DNA from: Camelus ferus
Lineage: Eukaryota
Assembly: GCF_009834535.1 (NCBI RefSeq)
Contig: NC_045696.1
Location: 117,120,001-117,184,000, forward strand
DNA length: 64,000 bases
Direction: 5' to 3'
The position numbers and the translations under genes were made by a program. Under the pieces are notes generated by a model, which saw nothing but the letters and a program-made list of their open reading frames with translations, had not been told where the DNA came from and did no database searches. Shown piece after piece: positions 37,680 to 49,844 of the stretch (position 1 is the stretch's first letter; each line of letters begins with the position of its first letter).

Positions 37680-40110
37680 TATCTTTTTAAAATAATTAAA
37701 GTGGGTTCCTTACTGAGCGTTTGTGTATTTTTTTGATCCACTTTGAGAGTTTCTATCCTTTACTTGCTGTATTTAGGTCATTCATGTTTAAAGGGGCTAT
37801 TGATACCAACAGGTTGATATCTACCACAGTTGTAACCATTTTTTACTCATCACACTTTCTCTTTGTTACTTTGTTATCTTCATATTGTCTTCTACCTTTT
37901 CTGATTTTAAACCAGTGTATGATTCCATTTTCTCTCCTCTCTTAGCATCTCAGTTATACTTGTTTTTAGATTATTTCAGTGGTTGCTCTAGAGTCTGCAT
38001 GAATACACATTTACAATTAATCTAAGCCTACTTTTGGATAACACTACACCACTTCACAAGTACTGCAGGTCCCTTCTGACAGTGTGTTCAATTCCTCTCT
38101 CCCATCCCTTAGAACATTGCTGTTTTTCATTTCATTAATTCATAAGCTATAATCATCCAATGCATTCTTGCTACTATTATTTTGAACAGTTACATTTTAG
38201 ATCAACTAAGAGAAAAAAATAAAATATTTTCTTTCACTTTCCTTTATTCCTACTCTAATGCTCTTCCTTTCCTGGTACAGATTAAACTTTCTTATTTGTA
38301 TCATTTTCTGTCTCTCTGAAGAACTTCTTTTAACATTTTCTGCAAGGCAAGTGGCAACCAATTCCCTCAATTTTTGTCTCAGAAAGTCTTTATTTTTCCT
38401 TTATGTTTGAAGGATAATTTCACTGGATATAGAATTCTAGGTTGACGGATTTTTTTTTCTTTTAACACTTTAAATATTTCCCTCCCTCTGACTTACATGG
38501 TTCTGAAGAGGAGACTAACATAATTGTTTATGCTTTTTCTTCTATAAGTAAATATTTTTTTTCCTTCTGGCTTTTTTCAAAACTTTCTTTTTCTTTAGTT
38601 TTCTGTATTTTAGACATAATATGCCTGGGTTTTTTTTTTTTTTTAACTTTCTCTCCTTGGTGTTCTGTGACCTTCGATCTGAGCTTTAGCATCTGTCACT
38701 AACTTCAGAAAATTCCCAGTCATTATTGCTGCAGTATTTCTTATGTTCTTTTCTTCTTTACACTCTGGCATTCCTAGCACATGTGTCTTACAACTTTAGT
38801 AACTGTCCCACAGTTCTTAGATACCTGTTCCTTTTCTTTGGTCTGTTTTCTCTTTGCTTTTCAGCTTGGAAAGTTTCTACTCACGTATCTTCATATCTCA
38901 TATCATTGGCTCTTTCCTCCACTGCTTCCAGTCGACTCATGAGCCCATTAAAGCCATTCTTCATTTCTGTTACTTTTTAAAAAAAACTCTAGCATTTAGT
39001 TTTGATTCTTTCTTAGAGTTTCCATCTCTTTGCTTATGTTACCTATCAGTTCTTGTATGTTTTTCACTTTTCCATTAGAACCCTTAGTGGACTAATTGTA
39101 GTTATTTTAAATTCCTGGTCTGATGATTTCAAAGCCTCTGTCATTTCTGAGTCTAGTTCTGGTGCTTGCTCTGTCTCTTGAGGCTGTGGGGTTTTGCTGT
39201 TGTTGTTTGCTTGTTTAATCTTTTGTCATGTCTTGTAATTTTTATTGAAAGTTGGATATGATGAAGTGAGTGAAAAAACTGCGGTGAACAGACGTCTAGT
39301 GTCAGGTTTTATATTTCTGTGGCTAGGAGTTAGGCTGCCTTTACTGTTTGCTGTGTCAGTAGGTGTCAACGGGTTAAAACGTCCTTTAGTGTCCTTGTTT
39401 TTGTGTCCTGTGCTGACCTTTGGTTTTCCCTAGAGACTTTTTCTTAAATAGAATCTTCACATCTTTCAGCTATAATCCCCGGTTATTATAAAGGAGTCTG
39501 ACTGATGTGGCAGTAAGGTGTGAAGGGGAAGGGTCTATGATCCTATTATTAGGATTAAGTCTTTTAGTGGGCCTGGGCCCTCTAACCATTTTCCCCCTTA
39601 AGTGAGACACAAAGGCACTGGAGTTACACATTTCCTTCTCCTGACTGAAAAGCTGAAGGGAACTGATGTTGGGCCATTTCCTTTGCCCTGTAACAGTTAG
39701 GGTCTGGTAAATTCACTTCTCTTGAAGGAAGGCCTTTGTTCAGGAGAACAGAATGCTCTGGGCATATTTCAAAATGTTTACTTTTCCCCCTTCTCTGCCA
39801 GAAACAACACCCTTGCTCCCTGAGTCCTCTAGGAGACTTCAGCCTTTAAATCGCTCCCACCTTGGTCTCCAGCAACTGGTCAGCTACCATCTATAGGTCC
39901 CTATGAGTTCCTGGCTCCAGTGGCTTCTATTCCTAACAAGCTGTGACTCTCTGTCTCTCTCTGTCTCTCCAGTTTGGGAGGCAGCAGTTTGCTCTGTGGC
40001 CTCAATTTTCTGATGGAGCTAAGAAGAGTTGCTGATTTTCAGTCTGTTCTGCCTTTTTGTTGTGAGAACATGAATGATGACTTCCAAACTTTTCACATGT
40101 TAGACCTATA
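37680..40110 (-). mobile_element. old L1M4/L1MD 5' portion (5'UTR, ORF1, EN start)
   Basis: tttaggtcattcatgtttaaag, ttgaaggataatttcactggatatagaattctaggttgac, ctaagaagagttgctgattttcagtctgttc. Confidence 0.8.
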
Positions 40111-40334
40111 TGGTCTTATTGATGAACTCTACTAAACTTAAAAGAATAGATTACAGTGGTATAAAAACTATTGAAGATCATTTTTAAAATGCAGTGTTTT
40201 CCACATAATATACAAGTCTTTTATAACACTTATATAAATACCAAAGTTAATACAAAAATTGAAAATTGTAGGTCCACCTCTCTTTGGAACATAGAGGCAA
40301 ACCTCTAAATAAAATATTTAAAAGTGATCAGACA

Positions 40335-40560
40335 AATCTCGAACTCCCAGTATGAGGTTTTGCAGATACTGACTAATATATATAAAATAGATAAACAAGT
40401 TTATACTGCATAGCACAGGAAACTCTATTCAATATCTTGTAGTAGCTTATGGTGAAAAAGAATATGAAATTGAATATATGTATGTTCATGTATGATTGAA
40501 GCATTGTGTTGTACACCAGAAATTGACACAACATTGTCAACTGACTATACCTCAATAAAA
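40335..40560 (+). mobile_element. short L1 3' end with micro-inversion
   Basis: TSD aaaagtgatcagaca (40320-40334) / aaaagtgatcaaaca (40561-40575); the first ~15 nt are antisense L1. Confidence 0.9.
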
Positions 40561-41583
40561 AAAAGTGATCAAACAGATTTTTTATAACTTCTTTTCCTGT
40601 AAAAAATATTTTGGAGAAGCATCCTAGTTTTTCTGACAGCTTTATTACCCCAAATGAGAAGCTTTTTATTTTCCATTCACTGAGCCATTTTTTGAGTACA
40701 GTGCTGGCCCCCAAGCAGGCATTCTATGTATGTTTTCAATGAATGAATGAATATTACAGGCAAAGCTCTACAAGGGGAGTTGGGAGTGGCTCATAGTGAG
40801 AAGGGCAAGGTCACTGCCCTTCATCAGCTCACAGTCTCATGGGGAGTCAGCCACAAACAGAACAGACTAACCCAAATCGGATTGTGATAATTGCTACTAT
40901 AGAGAAACAATCACACTTCTGTAAGTGTGTGTGGGAAAGAGAGATTAATTCTAAAAGGCACTGTTTATTTAGATCATGGTTTAAGAAATAGAGGGAAATG
41001 AAGCTTTCTGGCTAAACTTAATTTCACAATTACCAAGAATCAGAGAATTAGGTTTGCACAGTGGTCTATCAGAGGCTTAGTTACTGTCAATTAGATCATA
41101 GAACAGTTTTAGAATGCTTACTCTGGATTCAAAAAAAATTTCTTTTTGGGAACCTGAGTTTTTCAAAACTTTATCACTCTAAAGGTAGTATTCTGTCACT
41201 TTTAGGGCAAATAGAAAATACCCTTGTTATTATGTGTTCATGTACACCACTTAAAAACTCCAGCCTCTCAAAGTCTTGTTAAATGTTTCTGGAGATGCTT
41301 GGAAAAATTCACATGAACACTTGAAGAGTCCTTCCTGGATATTTTCCCTTGTCCCTCCTGCTTCTGTGGTCCACGGCTCTAGAAGCCTCTGGTGGTAGTG
41401 CCTCACCTGGTCACCGCTGCCAGTGCCTCCTTGACCCTCAGACGCGCTGCTTCTCCCTTCTTTCCTGCAGCAAAGTTGGTTTACTCACATAAAAGGGGAA
41501 AGTCTCGGCCCCCCACCCCCACAGTGGGTGGCCCTTTGTGAAATGGGCATTGGTGTGGCTTATGCTGACAGGTCTTGAAACAT

Positions 41584-41586
<3 letters not shown>

Positions 41587-41623
<37 letters not shown>
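41587..41623. repeat. (AC)n microsatellite
   Basis: direct. Confidence 0.95.
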
Positions 41624-41625
<2 letters not shown>

Positions 41626-42185
41626 CCCTTCCTTTCTTTGCTGCTTTCACATAAAACTATGTCGTTTGGAAAGAAGACCATCTTCCAAGACACACTCTTG
41701 TTTTCTTTTCCCATTCCCCATGAATTTTCCCATCACTCTCTCTTTCTGGCAAAACACTCTCTTTCTTCTCCCAAACTGGGCTAAATAAATAAATAAACAA
41801 TAAATAAATAATCTTCTCAATTCTGGAAGCTTAACTCATCAATGTCTGAGATATATCTGATCACTTCTAACTCCTAGGGTTGGATATGTATTACCCTTCA
41901 CAGACTCAGGAAGACAAGGAAAATCACAATTTCTTCATTTTAATTTTGATTTGTAGGTCCCTTATGCTTGGTGATTCTCTGGGGCCGCATGCCATGTTTG
42001 AGACACAGAACTCTGTCTCAAGGGCTCTCAGAATCCCAGTGTCCAGACATCTCATCTTCTCTGGAGACTTCTTGCTTCCTCAGGCTGCTGCCCAGGAGAT
42101 GCATACAGCCCCCTCCGCTTGCATGACCTTCAGATCTTTCTCTCCACCCCAACCTCAGTCCAGAGGAATCTCCTTCTAGGGGTAT

Positions 42186-42187
<2 letters not shown>

Positions 42188-42221
<34 letters not shown>
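42188..42221. repeat. (GT)n microsatellite
   Basis: direct. Confidence 0.95.
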
Positions 42222-42223
<2 letters not shown>

Positions 42224-42621
42224 GGGGGTGTCCCTCTCCTGCTCCTATATTTTTTTACCAAGCTCCTCTGCTTCTTCCTGCATGCTACTTTGCTTTTTTT
42301 TTTTAATTCCACCTCTCCAAAAGGCATATGATTTCCTAAAGGCTTGGGAAACAGAGAGGCAAGACATTGTCTAGTTTCAGTCTTGTAACACTCCTCCTCT
42401 GAGGCGACTTTGGGCAGAGAACCCCGTGCTTTGAAGGAGAGGAAGAGAAAGAGACACACTGGGGATAATCTACTCCCCAAAGTTACCTCAACTATTATCC
42501 AGCTACATCAGCTTCAGTTGCAGCTTAGATAATCCACTACATTTTAAAATTGTAAAGACTTTTACAGGTGGCCTATTTCTATCCTTAATGAAGAGACGGA
42601 GACTCAAGAAAAAGCTGATTT

Positions 42622-43343
42622 TTTTTTAATTGAAGTGTAGTCGACTTACAATGTTGTGTTAGTTTCTGGTGTATAGCACAGTGATTCAGTTCTACATAAA
42701 TGTAATATATATTCTTTTTCATTGTAGGTTGTTACAAGATATTGAATATTGTTCCCTGTGCTCTACAGTAGGTCCTTTTTGTTTATTGATTTTATATATA
42801 GTAGTTTGTATCTGCTAATCCCAAACTCCTAATTTATTTCCCCCCAACCACTTTCCCCTGTGGTAACCATAAGTTTGTTTTTCATGTCTGTGAGTCTGTT
42901 TCTATTTTTAAAATAAGTTTATTTGTGTCTTTTTTTTTTTAAGACACCACATATAAGTGACATCATATGGCATTTGTCTTTGACCCACTTCACTTAGTAT
43001 GATAACCTCTAGGTCTGTCCATGTTGCTGCAAATGGAACTATTTCATTCTTTTTTATGGCCACATGGTATTCCATATGTACATGAAACAATCTTCTTTAT
43101 CCATTTATCTGTTGGTGGACATTTAAGTTGCTTCCACGTCTTGGCTATTGTAAATAGTGCTGCTATGAACACTGGGGTGCATGTGTATTTTCGAATTAGA
43201 GCTTCCTCTGAACATATGCTGAGGAGTGGGAATCTGGATCATATGGTAACCCTATTTTTAGTTTTTTAAGGAAACTCCATACTGCTATCCATAGTGGCTC
43301 TACCAACTTACATTTCCATCAACAGTGCAGGCGGGTTCCCTAG
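42622..43343 (-). mobile_element. L1 3' end (cetartiodactyl-type)
   Basis: ORF 42908-43090 (MEYHVAIKKNEIVPFAATWTDLE) is the ORF2 end; TSD gaaaaagctgattt (42608-42621) / gaaaaaggtgattt (43344-43357). Confidence 0.92.
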
Positions 43344-43362
43344 GAAAAAGGTGATTTAAAGG

Positions 43363-43898
43363 TGTAATTCTGGTTACCTACTATTGTGCAACAGACCATT
43401 CAAAAACTTAGTGGCTTAAAACAACAACAATGTTGATTATTAACATCATTCTTATCTCTAATGGTCCTGGAGTTGACTGAGCTCATCTCGGCAATTGTCA
43501 CTTGGAGTCTCTACATGTTTGAATCAGACAGCAGTGGCCAGGACACCTGAAGGATTGTTCATTCACGTGTCCCAAGGTTGATGCTGCTTGGTGGCTCCGT
43601 CAAGTGGGTCTGATCAGTCGGGGCTCCTCCAGCTTCTTTCTCCATCTTTATGTAGTCTTCTGACATAATCTCGCCATCATACCTTCTTACCTTGTGGCTC
43701 AGAGTTCCAAAGGTCCATGTTGAGAGAGAGAGAGAAAGACAGACAGACAGACAGACGAGGCTGCATCCTCTGTCCTGAGCTAGTCTCTGAAAGTAAGTCA
43801 CTAAGACCAGCCCTTCCCATATTCAGTGCCAAAGAATTAGACTTGACCTTTCAATGTGAGTGTCAGATAATTTTCAGACATGTTTTAAAACCACCACA
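43363..43898 (-). mobile_element. MaLR MLT1 LTR
   Basis: tgtaattctggtta...aaaacttagtggcttaaaacaac...catgttttaaaaccaccaca. Confidence 0.8.
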
Positions 43899-44000
43899 GT
43901 TGTACATCTTCTCCCAGGGTGTCAATCAACAATATGTCTTTAGCATCTCCTATCATATCTAGTCTCCTGTCTGCAGCCTATGGTTTATGCCGTTAATATG

Positions 44001-44528
44001 TGTGATGGCTAATCTTACGTGTAAGCTGGACTAGGTTATGAGATGCCCAGCTATTTTGTTGACTGTTATTTCTGGGTATGTTGGTGAGGGTGTCTCTGGA
44101 AGAGATTAGCATCAGACTGAGAAAGGAAGGTATTCTCCCAGTGTGGGTAGGCAATATCCAGTCTGCTGAGGGCCTGAGTAGAACAAAAAGGCAGAGGGTG
44201 GGAGAATTGGCTATCTCTGCCAGCCTGCTTGATCTGAGACATTGATCTTTCACTACCTTTGGGCTGGAACTTACATCAACATTTCTCAGGCCTTCAGGCT
44301 TGGACTGGAACAACACCACTAGCTTTCCTGGGTCTCCATATTGCAGATGGAAGATTGTGGGGCTTCTCAGTTTGCATAATTGCATGAGCCAATTCCTTAT
44401 AATATTTCTGTTTCTGTCTCCCTGTCTCTGTCTCTTTCCATACACACACACACACACACACATACATACATACATACATACATACATACATACATGTTCT
44501 GTCTGTCTGAAGAACACAGACTAATGTA
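44001..44528 (+). mobile_element. ERVL MLT2 solo LTR with internal (CA)n/(CATA)n
   Basis: tgtgatggctaatcttacgtgtaagctggactagg...gagccaattcc...gaagaacacagactaat. Confidence 0.88.
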
Positions 44529-45009
44529 TCTTTCAGATCATAAATTTTCCGTTTGCTCTTAAAGTCAGATGCTTTATTGGCTCCTTTCACTTAACATGTG
44601 AGATTCAGCCAACTCCTCTCACTTCTTTGCCTTTCCCACTTTCCCGCCATTTTCTCCAGCTCTAGCCAGGCCTTCACATTAGAGTTAAAATGCTTTTCCA
44701 GGCTCTTAGACTACTTCATTCATTCGTGTTTAGACTACTTTTAAAGATAATATTATTTCGCTTTACATGCTGTAGAAGTTGATTTTTGTAATTTGAATAA
44801 GGCACAGTGATTATCCAGGAATACTAAAGGGTACCAAACTTTCCAGACTGACCTAAGGGAGTCAGTCTTTCTGATATGCTTCTAAGCTCCATCTCCCTTG
44901 TCTGAGAAAGTGTTGCTGATTTACAAAGAGATAATACACACCCAAGGGCATCTGAGGAAGGAGGTAGCTCGGAGTCAACTGCAGATTCTCTAGAAGTGAG
45001 AGGTGAAGA

Positions 45010-45449
45010 TGTTAGCAGAGAGTACGTTCTCATCTCATTGCAGAAAGAATTCAGAGATGACAGAGTGGGCAGACTCAGGTGAGTAGCTGCCTTGAGTTTC
45101 TTTGGCAAGCTGGTTACATAAAGGGTAAAAATGAATAGGCAGATTATTCATTAGAGAGGGAGGGGTTTGGTGTCATATTTCCTGATTTCCATCCCAGCTT
45201 CAACTTCCTGAGAGGGGGAGGGATCTTTGTCCTTATTTAGTCTGGATTGAAAGTGTCATGGCCTCGGTGCATGATGGGTACTTCTCATCTGCAAGGCTAA
45301 CTCTACTGCGTTGAGTGCATAATGAGCAAAATGTTACTTTTAGACCCCAGAGATTCTTGCCTTTTCCCATGGCACCCAACTTTCTTGACCTCTGTGTCTT
45401 GTTTCTGAATTCTTTCTGCAAGGAAACAAGAAACTACTCTCCAGTAAGA
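45010..45449. mobile_element. ERV1-LTR-derived element with U5-like inverted ends
   Basis: perfect 18-bp inverted repeat ttgcagaaagaattcaga (45038-45055 / 45404-45421) inside ~55-bp diverged termini; flanked by aaga on both sides. Confidence 0.65.
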
Positions 45450-45696
45450 AAGAGTATAGGAGAGGGCTGCCAAACACCCAGAAAAGTGTTGCACTGCTCT
45501 TTTTCCTTATGCACATTGAATAAGGCTGATCAGTCTCAGCATTGCACTTAGAAGGAGCCTCAACACAGTACCTTAGGAAGTCCTACAAATAAATCTATCT
45601 GCATTGACATGCAAGATAAAAGTCTTTTGCCTTCCTGGACCCATAACCTAGAAAGAAAGAGGTGAAATCAAGCTAATGTTAAGAAGGCTAGGGGTG

Positions 45697-45794
45697 GGAG
45701 TGAGGGTATAGCTCAGGGGTAGAGCATACGCATAGCATGCACGAGGTCCTGGGTTCAACCTCCAGTACCTCCATTAAAAAAAAAAAAAAAAAAG
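45697..45794 (+). mobile_element. tRNA-Ala-derived SINE (camelid Vic-1-type)
   Basis: A box tagctcaggggtaga, B box gggttcaacct, poly-A tail; TSD aagaaggct at 45681-45689 and 45795-45803 (extends imperfectly to 16 bp). Confidence 0.88.
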
Positions 45795-47192
45795 AAGAAG
45801 GCTGTGGGTGTGTGTGGATTTTGCTCCCAAAACTTACTGATGACAGAAGATGGATTTATAGTAACATGTAATGGTGATTTTCTGACTAGCATGAGACAGT
45901 CCTGCCAACGGGTCCATTCTTACATTGATTGTGATATATGACACCTTCAAATTATTGTGTCTTTGGTCTCTAAGAGATTAATCAGCTTTGGTACACACGG
46001 GGACATAGCTTTCTGTTTTCATTGGTTTGCTGAAGCCTACACCACTTATCATCATAAATGACACAGAAATCTAGCAGCACATAAATTGATGTAATTGTGG
46101 TCAATATGATTTTGTCCTCAAGACACTTCCTTTCCAGACTCCATCCATTTCTCAGATTTCTTTTACTTCTCCACATCCACACCTCTGGGTAGCATTTAGC
46201 ACACCGAAGAGATACAAATCAGTGATGACGATGATTTTTAATTTCATACCCTTCAACATACTGTGGAAAAGTCAAAAGAGAAATTCAGAAATGTTTCACA
46301 AGGCATATTGCATATGTCAATCTGGGTACACATATAGTGTCCTGATGCTGCAGACAACTGCTGAGTTGTTCATTTTATCAAAAAAAAAAAAAAAAAAACC
46401 CAAAAAACTGAGTCTCTTAAGAGCTAAAACTGAACCACATTTTGATTTTAATATTTAGAAAATCAAAAAGAACATTTTGGCAAGCTGGTGATTATTTCTA
46501 ATTGCCTTAGAGAACTTGTGTTCTGGGGAGGGGTTTGAAAAGGAATGAAGCACAGAGAATTGATTCTGTACACCATATAATTGGATGCCAATGCCATGTT
46601 CAATGAACAACCATTCTGTGTCATGCCAGCTCCTCCTACAGAGGGCGCAGTGGAAGAGAATTGTTTGGGCAACCGCATGATCCAGTCCCTGTGGAAGACC
46701 TCAGGAACACATGCTATCTGGGCATGCACATTTATCAAAAGATTGACACAATTTTTTTCCTAGCCTACATTACAGACGTGACACAATGACTAGATTTATT
46801 AATTCCTTGTTGCAGGGACTAGAGATTTCCCAACGTGATGGACTAATGCATATTGCATTAGCTCTGACATCTGGGGCTGTACACCCACCAACAGCAAGAG
46901 ATTAACTGAAACACAACAATACAACTTTCCCTTTGTCTCAATACGAGTCTCTCCCTCCCTCCCTCTCCCCATCTTGCTCTTTCTCTTGCTCTCTTAAGCA
47001 CTCAGCGGACTTTTCTCAGCCAGGAAAGCAAGAAAGTGCTTGATTTACAACCTCATTTTGTCTCTGCTTGTATTTCACCTTCCATCTTCACATTTCTTAT
47101 TGAAACCAAGATGAGTGGGGGGAGACGTATGGAGTATCTATTTTCCTCTCCATCTTTCAAGTCTTTGGAGAAGCACCAATCACCATTCAAGT

Positions 47193-47540
47193 TGTCAAGA
47201 ATTCTATCAAGATCTAGGAGCAGGGCTCAAAGGAGCACAATAGCATCTGGTTCTTACATTAGACTCAGGGTCTGGGGGCCACTTCATCTTTTGGTGGGGC
47301 TAAGAGAACAGGCATCGACCATGATGGTCATATGCCTATTGGGACCATTGTCCTCTCATCACACCTGCTCACATGAATGCCTTCTGCCATCAGGATTCTT
47401 GTTGTCTGAGGTCCCTCTGTTGGCAGTACTCCTCTGTTGTCACCTTCTGTTTTGTTCTGTTCTTGATGTTCAACCCTTGTGCCCTAGGCTCTTACCCCTA
47501 AAGCAAATGTCTAAGGCAGGTGTTTCAATGTCTTAGGCAA
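47193..47540 (-). mobile_element. probable ERV LTR fragment
   Basis: starts tgtcaagaattc; ttctgttcttgatgttcaacccttgtg resembles MER52/LTR27-group LTRs. Confidence 0.4.
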
Positions 47541-47749
47541 GGCGCTCAGTCTCGATTATCTGTAAGGCTGCCTATGGAAGCAGGCCAAGCTTTTAAAAAG
47601 CAAGAAAGTAAGCACTGTTGTGTAGCTGGTCACTGACACTTAGCCTCTACGTCAGAGAGACAGTGCCATAGTCATCATGAACTGATTACTCATGTCTTGA
47701 TGAAAAGAGGCAGCCACAGTCTTAGCCAACTTGTTACCATATAAGAATG

Positions 47750-47920
47750 TGTGCTCTAATTTGACAGATCTTTTTTCCCCTCAGAGAAGCCAGAAATATG
47801 GTTTTCCATGTAAACTCTTCCAATTTATGAACATTGGCAACTGATTCATATTTTTAAAAAAATGCAGTGCAAGGCCAACAAAACCCATTTGTAGGTGTGA
47901 CTAGCTCCATGCTCTGGAAC
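47750..47920. mobile_element. hAT DNA transposon fragment
   Basis: cagatctt...agagaagccagaaat...ttggcaact...gcaaggccaacaaaaccca. Confidence 0.5.
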
Positions 47921-48169
47921 GTCTGGTTTAGGGCTCTGTCTCCCAATAGGTATGCCAGGAAATGCCAGAAAAGTTTGTCCAGAAGTTCAGACTTTTTGGA
48001 ATAGCTTTTCTTCTTTAGGGAACTGCCTCTCAATCTACTTTTACCCAAATACTTCAACCCTCCTACACATGTCTCATCTGTTCAGTGTCAATTCACCAAA
48101 GGTTTAATTGAGTATCTCTGATAAGTGAGATACTATACAGAACACAGTGAGAAATGCAAAGATATTATT

Positions 48170-48960
48170 GGGAATGGATTAGACTGCTATGAAGTTGACC
48201 CAAATTAGTGGTGACTTAAACAAGGTAGATATTTATTTCTCACATCATGCTCAGGAGTAAATAGTTCAGAGGTGGAATATTATCTCCACCCTGTCAGCAA
48301 CACAGAATCTGTCGATATTATGGTTCTGTTACCCTCAAGGTGTGGACCTTGACTACATGGCCCAAGATGGCTCATTATCTACTCTAGTCAAGTAATACCA
48401 GGCTGTTCTGCAGTAACAAATTAGCTCCAAACCTGAGCTGCCTTATATGGGTCCAGTGGTCCTTCTCCTGGTTGTTACATGTCTGGAACTAGTGGCCTCC
48501 TAGGTCACTGGGGCAAAAGAATGGAGAAGGAGAAGACACATTGGGTCTTTACTGGCTCTTTCTGGAAGTGATGTGACTCATGCATCAATCACATCCTGTT
48601 AATAAGAGATAGTCACATGGTCCCAACTTACTGTCAGGGGAGGACGATACATGGAGAGGACCACACATACAACTGGCGATTACTAATATTCTTGGCTATA
48701 GCATCATATTCATATGCTATCTAGCAAGAATATGAATTGGCAAAGGGGAAGGAATGCCCAGAAAGTACATGTATAACCAGCACTCCTATTCCATTGTATA
48801 CATCTATATCACATTATTACTCAACTGCTACAAAGGCAGTTGGCTGAGAAATATGGTTTTAATTCTGGGTGACTATGTGCTTAGCTAAAACTTAAGGCTC
48901 TAGTAGGTTAGAAAAAAGAGAAAACAGATATTGGGAGACAACTGGAACATTTTGCTATAA
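48170..48960 (-). mobile_element. old MLT1 LTR fragments (probably nested)
   Basis: agtggtgacttaaacaaggtag, gttctgcagtaacaaa, tagtcacatggtcccaactta, ggctgagaaatatggt. Confidence 0.6.
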
Positions 48961-49299
48961 TGGACTTGATGTGGTCTTTGTCCCAAAGGAGCTTACTGTT
49001 TAGTGGGAAAGATAATGTGTACATAAGTGATTATATTGAGGTTAACTGTGCTCTGCTTTAAAATACAAAAGTGTTGTGGGAAACATAAACAGTTAGGGAG
49101 AGGTAACCCATTGATAATAGGTTAAAAAATCAAACAAGTATAATGAGTTAGAGAAAAATGGACTCTTCAGAATACCCTGGGGTCCTGGGTAAAGTCCATC
49201 AGTCCAGTCAGGGAAGCTTTCAAAGCTAAGGAGACAGAACTGTGTTTCCCACAGGAAGGAAGTGGGGAAGGGTCACATACTGGTAGGAAAACCTGTATC

Positions 49300-49418
49300 T
49301 TGTTTTCTTCCCCATGGTCCAGGTTTAAACTTATCATTCCAGTGTGTTATTAATAACATCTTCTTTCAATTTCAAAATGTCCTGATTTGAGCAACAATTC
49401 ATTATTTGGTCACTCTAA
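49300..49418. mobile_element. hAT-Blackjack MITE (MER81/MER94-like)
   Basis: ttattaataacatc...caaaatgtcctgatttg...tggtcactcta terminus. Confidence 0.6.
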
Positions 49419-49844
49419 TGATTAGAGGCTGGGCTTTGGGAAAGGGAAAAGCCTAAAGCATTTAGTTGTATTAGTAATAATTTAGTATATTTCTAAATTT
49501 AATATACTATTAACATTTTCAATGTCATCAATTATTCTTTTACATATTTCAACATGTTTTTAATGGCTGCATAATACTCCATCTTAAGGGGATACTGAAA
49601 TTTATTTGCCAATCCCCTGGACATTTACAGGTGTTTTTTGGTCTTAATGTATTATGATGAAAATTCTAATAAATCAATGTCTGAACCAATATACAATTCT
49701 TTGGTAAGAATATACTACTATATGAGGACATTTTTGGTCAAAGTTACCTACATTTTAATAGCTTTGATAATAAAAAATTGCCCTACAGAAAGGCTGAACC
49801 AATTTACACACCCAAGGGTGGTTCATACAATTATTTATTTCCTT

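Noticed and set aside
43993..44517. 174-aa - strand ORF
   Set aside because: Lies entirely within an MLT2 LTR and its microsatellite
45697..45772. Functional tRNA-Ala gene
   Set aside because: Poly-A tail, TSD and stem mismatches indicate a retroposed SINE
47036..47536. 166-aa + strand ORF
   Set aside because: Non-ATG start, overlaps a probable LTR, no recognisable domain
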